NCBI GenBank assembly: GCA_965235115.1
Contig: OZ249436.1
Span: 21,516,001-21,580,000, forward strand
Length of the DNA stretch: 64,000 nucleotides
From: Laetmonice hystrix
Taxonomy: Eukaryota
Direction of reading: 5' to 3'
The notes beneath the pieces were generated by a model that made no database searches, was not told the origin of the DNA, and saw only the letters and a list, made by a program, of their open reading frames with translations. Position 1 is the first letter of the stretch; every line of letters begins with the position of its first letter. Shown piece after piece: positions 1 through 9,828 of the stretch. The position numbers were made by a program, and so were the translations under genes.

Positions 1-422
1 TCTCCAGATTTTAACATTAGATGCTCCTCGCCAGTACCTTTCATTTCCACTACCTCACTGTAGTGTTTGCATGACTACTAGGACAGTCGGTAAGATGTAC
101 GGACTTCTCACTCTACTGGTTGGCCCCCACACTGCTTGGCCTCACAGTGTACTGTTTGGCCTCACTGTACTCTTTGGCCTCACTGTAGTGTTCGCTGGGG
201 TGCTAGGCCAGCCAGTACCTTGTAGCGATTCCTCACTGTACCGTTTGTCCTCCCTGTACCGTTTGCTTGTATACAACAGTAGCCAGTAATATAGGGACGC
301 CTCATCTTTCATCTTTCCATGCCTTTATTGTCCAGGAGGCAGGCCATACGTTTCGTCTATCATCTACTCCCATCTAATCTATGTCCCTTACAGACCATCT
401 GGAAGCGTGCGACAACGTTGTC

Positions 423-487
423 AGGTCGTCCCAATGACTGTTTGCCGTAAAGGTTTAGTTAACAATGGCAAATGACGTTGTACGCCT
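423..487 (+). ncRNA. Candidate pre-miRNA-like hairpin H1 (one per unit; first copy given)
   Basis: Hand-fold: AGG[T]CGT[CC]CAATG[A]C[T]GTTTGCCGT / 16-nt loop / ATGGCAAAT G[A]CGTTG[T]ACG CCT, ~21 bp including G:U pairs, which favours the + strand. Observed variants lie in the loop, at the A.A mismatch, or convert U-A to U-G. No match to a miRNA I recognise. Confidence 0.35.
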
Positions 488-607
488 TTTCTATATCAGA
501 TATCCCATCCCCAAGTAAGAAACAAAAAGAAAGAGTACAGAGGTGTTGCAGGCAAGGAACACCAGGGTGCAGCGCAGCTCTACTGAAGCGGCGGCGGGGG
601 CGGCGAC

Positions 608-669
608 TGCACTGCCATCTTCCGGCTACCGGTGGAATCACCACGTATACCTGGCCGGGCTGGCGGGCA
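608..669 (+). ncRNA. Candidate hairpin H2 (GC-rich; one per unit)
   Basis: TGC[A]CTGCCA[TCT]TCCGGCTA pairs with TGGCCGGG[C]TGGCGGGCA (~17 bp), extendable at both ends. The 3' arm appears invariant across the array, but some unit classes carry stem-disrupting SNPs in the 5' arm. Confidence 0.22.
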
Positions 670-764
670 CCTGTGGCTCTTAGGTTACAGTAATGAGAAG
701 CGAAAAATGGCTACTATTTTGATACGTCAAATTGAAACTACGCCCCCCAAAGTTATGATTCTTA

Positions 765-823
765 GGCCAGATGTATCACTGTCAAACGTATAGGTCTCGT
801 ACGTTCGCTACAGATATATGGTT
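765..823 (+). ncRNA. Candidate pre-miRNA-like hairpin H3 (one per unit)
   Basis: GGCC[AG]ATGTAT[CA]CTGT[CA]AACGTAT / 7-nt loop / GTACGTT[CGCT]ACAG ATATAT GGTT, ~21 bp. The loop is the most variable part (AGGTCTC, AGTTCTC, CGGTATC, CGGTATT, +7-nt insertion) while the inner arms are conserved even in the diverged edge copies. Confidence 0.33.
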
Positions 824-911
824 GTGATGTGTAGGCCTATGCTTCCCATTTGAGTATCTTCTCCAGATTTTAACATTAGATGCTCCTCGCCAGTACCTTT
901 CATTTCCACTA

Positions 912-1134
912 CCTCACTGTAGTGTTTGCATGACTACTAGGACAGTCGGTAAGATGTACGGACTTCTCACTCTACTGGTTGGCCCCCCACACTGCTTGGC
1001 CTCACAGTGTACTGTTTGGCCTCACTGTACTCTTTGGCCTCACTGTAGTGTTCGCTGGGGTGCTAGGCCAGCCAGTACCTTGTAGCGATTCCTCACTGTA
1101 CCGTTTGTCCTCCCTGTACCGTTTGCTTGTATAC
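912..1134. repeat. Degenerate ~18-bp sub-repeat inside each unit (consensus TGTTTGGCCTCACTGTAC)
   Basis: Multiple degenerate copies, e.g. TGCTTGGCCTCACAGTGTAC-TGTTTGGCCTCACTGTAC-TCTTTGGCCTCACTGTAG and CCTCACTGTACCGTTTGT-CCTCCCTGTACCGTTTGC. The diverged copy at 60,955-61,148 has a different copy number. Confidence 0.9.
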
Positions 1135-3604
1135 AACAGTAGCCAGTAATATAGGGACGCCTCATGTTTCATGTTTCCATGCCTTTATTGTCCAGGAGGC
1201 AGGCCATACGTTTCGTCTATCATCTACTCCCATCTAATCTATGTCCCTTACAGACCATCTGTAAGCGTGCGACAACGTTGTCAGGTCGTCCCAATGACTG
1301 TTTGCCGTAAAGGTTTAGTTAACAATGGCAAATGACGTTGTACGCCTTTTCTATATCAGATATCCCATCCCCAAGTAAGAAACATAAAGAAAGAGTACAG
1401 AGGTGTTGCAGGCAAGGAACACCAGGGTGCAGCGCAGCTCTACTGAAGCGGCGGCGGGGGCGGCGACTGCACTGCCATCTTCCGGCTACCGGTGGAATCA
1501 CCACGTATACCTGGCCGGGCTGGCGGGCACCTGTGGCTCTTAGGTTAAAGTAATGAGAAGCGAAAAATGGCTACTATTCTGATACGTCAAATTGAAACTA
1601 CGCCCCCCAAAGTTATGATTCTTAGGCCAGATGTATCACTGTCAAACGTATAGTTCTCTTACGTTCGCTACAGATATATGGTTGTGATGTGTATGCTTCC
1701 CATTTGAGTATCTTTTCCAGATTTTAACATTAGATGCTCCTCGCCAGTACCTTTCATTTCCACTACCTCACTGTAGTGTTTGCATGACTACTAGGACAGT
1801 CGGTAAGATGTACGGACTTCTTACTCTACTGGTTGGCCCCCCACACTGCTTGGCCTCACAGTGTACTGTTTGGCCTCACTGTACTCTTTGGCCTCACTGT
1901 AGTGTTCGCTGGGGTGCTAGGCCAGCCAGTACCTTGTAGCGATTCCTCACTGTACCGTTTGTCCTCCCTGTACCGTTTGCTTGTATACAACAGTAGCCAG
2001 TAATATAGGGACGCCTCATGTTTCATGTTTCCATGCCTTTATTGTCCAGGAGGCAGGCCATACGTTTCGTCTATGATCTACTCCCATCTAATCTGTGTCC
2101 CCTACAGACTATCTTTAAGCGTGCGACAACGTTGTCAGGTCGTCCCAATGACTGTTTGCCGTAAAGGTTTAGTTAACAATGGCAAATGACGTTGTACGCC
2201 TTTTCTATATCAGATATCCCATCCCCAAGTAAGAAACAAAAAGAAAGAGTACAGAGGTGTTGCAGGCAAGAAAAACCAGGTTGCAGCGCAGCTCTACTAA
2301 AGCGGCGGCGGGGGCGGCGACTGCACTGCCATCTTCCGGCTACCGGTGGAATCACCACGTATACCTGGCCGGGCTGGCGGGCACCTGTGGCTCTTAGGTT
2401 AAAGTAATGAGAAGCGAAAAATGGCTACTATTTTGATACGTCAAATTGAAACTACGCCCCCCAAAGTTATGATTCTTAGGCCAGATGTATCACTGTCAAA
2501 CGTATAGGTCTCGTAGGGCCTACGTTCGCTACAGATATATGGTTGTGATGTGTAGGCCTATGCTTCCCATTTGAGTATCTTCTCCAGATTTTAACATTAG
2601 ATGCTCCTCGCCAGTACCTTTCATTTCCACTACCTCACTGTAGTGTTTGCATGACTACTAGGACAGTCGGTAAGATGTACGGACTTCTCACTCTACTGGT
2701 TGGCCCCCCACACTGCTTGGCCTCACAGTGTACTGTTTGGCCTCACTGTACTCTTTGGCCTCACTGTAGTGTTCGCTGGGGTGCTAGGCCAGCCAGTACC
2801 TTGTAGCGATTCCTCACTGTACCGTTTGTCCTCCCTGTACCGTTTGCTTGTATACAACAGTAGCCAGTAATATAGGGACGCCTCATGTTTCATGTTTCCA
2901 TGCCTTTATTGTCCAGGAGGCAGGCCATACGTTTCGTCTATCATCTACTCCCATCTAATCTATGTCCCTTACAGACCATCTGTAAGCGTGCGACAACGTT
3001 GTCAGGTCGTCCCAATGACTGTTTGCCGTAAAGGTTTAGTTAACAATGGCAAATGACGTTGTACGCCTTTTCTATATCAGATATCCCATCCCCAAGTAAG
3101 AAACATAAAGAAAGAGTACAGAGGTGTTGCAGGCAAGGAACACCAGGGTGCAGCGCAGCTCTACTGAAGCGGCGGCGGGGGCGGCGACTGCACTGCCATC
3201 TTCCGGCTACCAGTGGAATCACCACGTATACCTGGCCGGGCTGGCGGGCACCTGTGGCTCTTAGGTTAAAGTAATGAGAAGCGAAAAATGGCTACTATTC
3301 TGATACGTCAAATTGAAACTACGCCCCCCAAAGTTATGATTCTTAGGCCAGATGTATCACTGTCAAACGTATAGTTCTCTTACGTTCGCTACAGATATAT
3401 GGTTGTGATGTGTATGCTTCCCATTTGAGTATCTTTTCCAGATTTTAACATTAGATGCTCCTCGCCAGTACCTTTCATTTCCACTACCTCACTGTAGTGT
3501 TTGCATGACTACTAGGACAGTCGGTAAGATGTACGGACTTCTTACTCTACTGGTTGGCCCCCCACACTGCTTGGCCTCACAGTGTACTGTTTGGCCTCAC
3601 TGTA

Positions 3605-3615
3605 CTCTAAGTCTT
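3605..3615. mobile_element. Probable excision footprint of the 166-bp MITE (CTCT-AAG-TCTT replacing CTCTT); also at 15003, 18443 (AGG variant), 25513, 34305, 37752, 39483, 47610, 49341
   Basis: A +6-bp variant at exactly the MITE target site. It consists of both TSD copies, each missing the element-proximal base, joined by complementary (palindromic) bases. Confidence 0.75.
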
Positions 3616-6600
3616 TGGCCTCACTGTAGTGTTCGCTGGGGTGCTAGGCCAGCCAGTACCTTGTAGCGATTCCTCACTGTACCGTTTGTCCTCCCTGTAC
3701 CGTTTGCTTGTATACAACAGTAGCCAATAATATAGGGACGCCTCATGTTTCATGTTTCCATGCCTTTATTGTCCAGGAGGCAGGCCATACGTTTCGTCTA
3801 TCATCTACTCCCATCTAATCTATGTCCCTTACAGACCATCTGTAAGCGTGCGACAACGTTGTCAGGTCGTCCCAATGACTGTTTGCCGTAAAGGTTTAGT
3901 TAACAATGGCAAATGACGTTGTACGCCTTTTCTATATCAGATATCCCATCCCCAAGTAAGAAACAAAAAGAAAGAGTACAGAGGTGTTGCAGGCAAGAAA
4001 AACCAGGTTGCAGCGCAGCTCTACTAAAGCGGCGGCGGGGGCGGCGACTGCACTGCCATCTTCCGGCTACCGGTGGAATCACCACGTATACCTGGCCGGG
4101 CTGGCGGGCACCTGTGGCTCTTAGGTTAAAGTAATGAGAAGCGAAAAATGGCTACTATTCTGATACGTCAAATTGAAACTACGCCCCCCCCCAAAAAGAA
4201 AGTTATGATTCTTAGGCCAGATGTATCACTGTCAAACGTATAGTTCTCGTACGTTCGCTACAGATATATGGTTGTGATGTGTATATGCTTCCCATTTGAG
4301 TATCTTCTCCAGATTTTAACATTAGATGCTCCTCGCCAGTAGCCTACCTTTCATTTCCACTACCTCACTGTAGTGTTTGCATGACTACTAGGACAGTCTG
4401 TAAGATGTAGGGACTTCCCACTCTACTCGTTGCCCCCCGCCCCCCACACTGCTTGGCCTCACAGTGTACTGTTTGGCCTCACTGTACTCTTTGGCCTCAC
4501 TGTAGTGTTCGCTGGGGTGCTAGGCCAGCCAGTACCTTGTAGCGATTCCTCACTGTACCGTTTGTCCTCCCTGTACCGTTTGCTTGTATACAACAGTAGC
4601 CAGTAATATAGGGACGCCTCATGTTTCATGTTTCCATGCCTTTATTGTCCAGGAGGCAGGCCATACGTTTCGTCTATCATCTACTCCCATCTAATCTGTG
4701 TCCCTACAGACTATCTTTAAGCGTGCGACAACGTTGTCAGGTCGTCCCAATGACTGTTTGCCGTAAAGGTTTAGTTAACAATGGCAAATGACGTTGTACG
4801 CCTTTTCTATATCAGATATCCCATCCCCAAGTAAGAAACAAAAAGAAAGAGTACAGAGGTGTTGCAGGCAAGAAACACCAGGGTGCAGCGCAGCTCTACT
4901 GAAGAGGCGGCGGGGGCGGCGACTGCACTGCCATCTTCCGGCTACCGGTGGAATCACCACGTATACCTGGCCGGGCTGGCGGGCACCTGTGGCTCTTAGG
5001 TTAAAGTAATGAGAAGCGAAAAATAGCTACTATTCTGATACGTCAAATTGAAACTACGCCCCCCCAAAGTTATGATTCTTAGGCCAGATGTATCACTGTC
5101 AAACGTATAGGTCTCGTACGTTCGCTACAGATATATGGTTTGATGTGTATGCTTCCCATTTGAGTATCGTCTCCAGATTTTAACATTAGATGCTCCTCGC
5201 CAGTACCTTTCATTTCCACTACCTCACTGTAGTGTTTGCATGACTACTAGGACAGTCGGTAAGATGTAGGGACTTCTCACTCTACTGGTTGGCCCCCCCC
5301 ACACTGCTTGGCCTCACAGTGTACTGTTTGGCCTCACTGTACTCTTTGGCCTCACTGTAGTGTTCGCTGGGGTGCTAGGCCAGCCAGTACCTTGTAGCGA
5401 TTCCTCACTGTACCGTTCGCCCTCCCTGTACCGTTTGCTTGTATACAACAGTAGCCAGTAATATAGGGACGCCTCATGTTTCATGTTTCCATGCCTTTGT
5501 CGTCCAGGAGACAGGCCATACCTTTCGTCTATCATCTACTCTCATCTAATCTATGTCCCTAACAGACCATCTGTAAGCGTGCGACAACGTTGTCAGGTCG
5601 TCCCAATGACTGTTTGCCGTAAATGTTTAGTTAACAATGGCAAATGACGTTGTACGCCTTTTCTATATCAGATATCCCATCCCCAAGTAAGAAACAAAAA
5701 GAAAGAGTACAGAGGTGTTGCAGGCAAGAAACACCAGGGTGCAGCGCAGCTCTACTGAAGAGGCGGCGGGGGCGGCGACTGCACTGCCATCTTCCGGCTA
5801 CCGGTGGAATCACCACGTATACCTGGCCGGGCTGGCGGGCACCTGTGGCTCTTAGGTTAAAGTAATGAGAAGCGAAAAATGGCTACTATTTTGATACGTC
5901 AAATTGAAACTACGCCCCCAAAGTTATGATTCTTAGGCCAGATGTATCACTGTCAAACGTATAGGTCTCGTACGTTCGCTAAAGATATATGGTTGTGATG
6001 TGTAGGCCTATGCTTCCCATTTGAGTATCTTCTCCAGATTTTAACATTAGATGCTCCTCGCCAGTACCTTTCATTTCCACTACCTCACTGTAGTGTTTGC
6101 ATGACTACTAGGACAGTCGGTAAGATGTACGGACTTCTCACTCTACTGGTTGGCCCCCCACACTGCTTGGCCTCACAGTGTACTGTTTGGCCTCACTGTA
6201 CTCTTTGGCCTCACTGTAGTGTTCGCTGGGGTGCTAGGCCAGCCAGTACCTTGTAGCGATTCCTCACTGTACCGTTTGTCCTCCCTGTACCGTTTGCTTG
6301 TATACAACAGTAGCCAGTAATATAGGGACGCCTCATCTTTCATCTTTCCATGCCTTTATTGTCCAGGAGGCAGGCCATACGTTTCGTCTATCATCTACTC
6401 CCATCTAATCTATGTCCCTTACAGACCATCTGTAAGCGTGCGACAACGTTGTCAGGTCGTCCCAATGACTGTTTGCCGTAAAGGTTTAGTTAACAATGGC
6501 AAATGACGTTGTACGCCTTTTCTATATCAGATATCCCATCCCCAAGTAAGAAACAAAAAGAAAGAGTACAGAGGTGTTGCAGGCAAGAAACACCAGGGTG

Positions 6601-9600
6601 CAGCGCAGCTCTACTGAAGAGGCGGCGGGGGCGGCGACTGCACTGCCATCTTCCGGCTACCGGTGGAATCACCACGTATACCTGGCCGGGCTGGCGGGCA
6701 CCTGTGGCTCTTAGGTTAAAGTAATGAGAAGCGAAAAATGGCTACTATTCTGATACGTCAAATTGAAACTACGCCCCCCCCCCCCAAAGTTATGATTCTT
6801 AGGCCAGATGTATCACTGTCAAACGTATAGGTCTCGTACGTTCGCTACAGATATACGGTTGTGATCTGTAGGCCTATGCTTCCCATTTGAGTATCTTCTC
6901 CAGATTTTAACATTAGATGCTCCTCGCCAGTACCTTTCATTTCCACTACCTCACTGTAGTGTTTGCATGACTACTAGGACAGTCGGTAAGATGTAGGGAC
7001 TTCCCACTCTACTCGTTGCCCCCCGCCCCCCACACTGCTTGGCCTCACAGTGTACTGTTTGGCCTCACTGTACTCTTTGGCCTCACTGTAGTGTTCGCTG
7101 GGGTGCTAGGCCAGCCAGTACCTTGTAGCGATTCCTCACTGTACCGTTTGTCCTCCCTGTACCGTTTGCTTGTATACAACAGTAGCCAGTAATATAGGGA
7201 CGCCTCATGTTTCATGTTTCCATGCCTTTATTGTCCAGGAGGCAGGCCATACGTTTCGTCTATGATCTACTCCCATCTAATCTATGTCCCTTACAGACCA
7301 TCTGTAAGCGTGCGACAACGTTGTCAGGTCGTCCCAATGACTGTTTGCCGTAAAGGTTTAGTTAACAATGGCAAATGACGTTGTACGCCTTTTCTATATC
7401 AGATATCCCATCCCCAAGTAAGAAACAAAAAGAAAGAGTACAGAGGTGTTGCAGGCAAGGAACACCAGGGTGCAGCGCAGCTCGACTGAAGCGGCGGCGG
7501 GGGCGGCGACTGCACTGCCATCTTCCGGCTACCGGTGGAATCACCACGTATACCTGGCCGGGCTGGCGGGCACCTGTGGCTCTTAGGTTAAAGTAATGAG
7601 AAGCAAAAAATGGCTACTATTTTGATACGTCAAATTGAAACTACGCCCCCCAAAGTTATGATTCTTAGGCCAGATGTATCACTGTCAAACGTATAGGTCT
7701 CGTACGTTCGCTACAGATATATGGTTGTGATGTGTAGGCCTATGCTTCCCATTTGAGTATCTTCTCCAGATTTTAACATTAGATGCTCCTCGCCAGTACC
7801 TTTCATTTCCACTACCTCACTGTAGTGTTTGCATGACTACTAGGACAGTCGGTAAGATGTACGGACTTCTCACTCTACTGGTTGGCCCCCCACACTGCTT
7901 GGCCTCACAGTGTACTGTTTGGCCTCACTGTACTCTTTGGCCTCACTGTAGTGTTCGCTGGGGTGCTAGGCCAGCCAGTACCTTGTAGCGATTCCTCACT
8001 GTACCGTTTGCCCTCCCTGTACCGTTTGCTTGTATACAACAGTAGCCAGTAATATAGGGACGCCTTATGTTTCATGTTTCCATGCCTTTATTGTCCAGGA
8101 GGCAGGCCATACGTTTCGTCTCTCATCTACTCCCATCTAATCTATGTCCCTTACAGACCATCTGTAAGCGTGCGACAACGTTGTCAGGTCGTCCCAATGA
8201 CTGTTTGCCGTAAAGGTTTAGTTAACAATGGCAAATGACGTTGTACGCCTTTTCTATATCAGATATCCCATCCCCAAGTAAGAAACAAAAAGAAAGAGTA
8301 CAGAGGTGTTGCAGGCAAGGAACACCAGGGTGCAGCGCAGCTCTACTGAAGCGGCGGCGGGGGCGGCGACTGCACTGCCATCTTCCGGCTACCGGTGGAA
8401 TCACCACGTATACCTGGCCGGGCTGGCGGGCACCTGTGGCTCTTAGGTTAAAGTAATGAGAAGCGAAAAATGGCTACTATTCTGATACGTCAAATTGAAA
8501 CTACGCCCCCCAAAGTTATGATTCTTAGGCCAGATGTATCACTGTCAAACGTATAGGTCTCGTACGTTCGCTACAGATATATGGTTGTGATGTGTAGGCC
8601 TATGCTTCCCATTTGAGTATCTTCTCCAGATTTTAACATTAGATGCTCCTCGCCAGTAGCCTACCTTTCATTTCCACTACCTCACTGTAGTGTTTGCATG
8701 ACTACTAGGACAGTCTGTAAGATGTAGGGACTTCCCACTCTACTCGTTGCCCCCCGCCCCCCACACTGCTTGGCCTCACAGTGTACTGTTTGGCCTCACT
8801 GTACTCTTTGGCCTCACTGTAGTGTTCGCTGGGGTGCTAGGCCAGCCAGTACCTTGTAGCGATTCCTCACTGTACCGTTTGCCCTCCTTGTACCGTTTGC
8901 TTGTATACAACAGTAGCCAGTAATATAGGGACGCCTCATGTTTCATGTTTCCATGCCTTTATTGTCCAGGAGGCAGGCCATACGTTTCGTCTATCATCTA
9001 CTCCCATCTAATCTATGTCCCTTACAGACCATCTGTAAGCGTGCGACAACGTTGTCAGGTCGTCCCAATGACTGTTTGCCGTAAAGGTTTAGTTAACAAT
9101 GGCAAATGACGTTGTACGCCTTTTCTATATAAGATATCCCATCCCCAAGTAAGAAACAAAAAGAAAGAGTACAGAGGTGTTGCAGGCAAGGAACACCAGG
9201 GTGCAGCGCAGCTCTACTGAAGCGGCGGCGGGGGCGGCGACTGCACTGCCATCTTCCGGCTACCGGTGGAATCACCACGTATACCTGGCCGGGCTGGCGG
9301 GCACCTGTGGCTCTTAGGTTAAAGTAATGAGAAGCGAAAAATGGCTACTATTCTGATACGTCAAATTGAAACTACGCCCCCCAAAGTTATGATTCTTAGG
9401 CCAGATGTATCACTGTCAAACGTATAGGTCTCGTACGTTCGCTACAGATATATGGTTGTGATGTGTATGCTTCCCATTTGAGTATCTTCTCCAGATTTTA
9501 ACATTAGATGCTCCTCGCCAGTACCTTTCATTTCCACTACCTCACTGTAGTGTTTGCATGACTACTAGGACAGTCGGTAAGATGTACGGACCTCTTACTC

Positions 9601-9662
9601 TACTCGTTGGCCCCCCACACTGCTTGGCCTCACAGTGTACTGTTTGGCCTCACTGTACTCTT

Positions 9663-9828
9663 CAGGGCTGTCCATCCGTCGCATTGTCGCAAATAATGTG
9701 CGACAGGGACCATAAAAATTGCGACATCGGCTTTATCAACGAATGTTTTAACTGTCTGTCGTAATCCAGACACTTTGCTCCACCCAGTTAGAATTCTGCT
9801 CTGGGATTTTCAACTGTGGCCAGCCTTG
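9663..9828. mobile_element. 166-bp non-autonomous TIR transposon (MITE), hAT-like, 5-bp TSD, copy 1
   Basis: Absent from other units. Flanked by CTCTT (9658-9662 and 9829-9833), which occurs once at the empty site. Imperfect TIR CAGGGCTGTCCA ... TGGCCAGCCTTG (10/12 match). Repeated subterminal TGTCGC/GCGACA motifs. Confidence 0.9.

Noticed and set aside
654..683. GCCGGGCTGGCGGGCACCTGTGG resembles the 5' Alu domain of 7SL RNA
   Set aside because: A short GC-rich match needing a gap; no SRP S-domain follows.
459..693. Repeated 73-aa (+) and 61-aa (-) ORFs in nearly every unit
   Set aside because: No recognisable domain. They recur only because the DNA is repeated, and they are broken by a nonsense change in MITE-class units (+ ORF), by a frameshift in the AACAAACAAAG class, and by indels in the edge copies.
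483..730. Fragments resembling snRNAs (CGCCTTTT like U5 loop I; TGATACGTC and minus-strand TCGCTTCTC like U2; Sm-like ATTTTGA)
   Set aside because: Isolated 8-10 nt matches, some on opposite strands, without the surrounding stems or the rest of the RNA.
700..745. Possible spliced-leader RNA on the minus strand (GTAGTTTCAATTTGAG|GTATC in edge copies, then ATTTTTCG)
   Set aside because: The homogenised units read TTTGAC|GT, the Sm-like site is non-canonical, and I see no SL stem-loops.
560..900. Hammerhead or HDV-like ribozyme (retrozyme/Penelope-type tandem repeat)
   Set aside because: CTGANGA appears only in a minor allele without stem II-GAAA. The HDV-like loop TCCTCGC lacks a P3 stem and is not conserved in edge copies.
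909..916. let-7 8-mer site CTACCTCA (and miR-34 site CACTGCCA at 610-617) in each unit, suggesting a miRNA sponge
   Set aside because: One or two seed matches in 860 bp across all conserved miRNA families is near chance; there is no 3' pairing, and the miR-34 8-mer is altered in edge copies.
912..1134. CRISPR-like or coding (EYSEAK) interpretation of the 18-bp sub-repeats
   Set aside because: No unique spacers, no cas genes, eukaryotic context, and the reading frame is not maintained between units.
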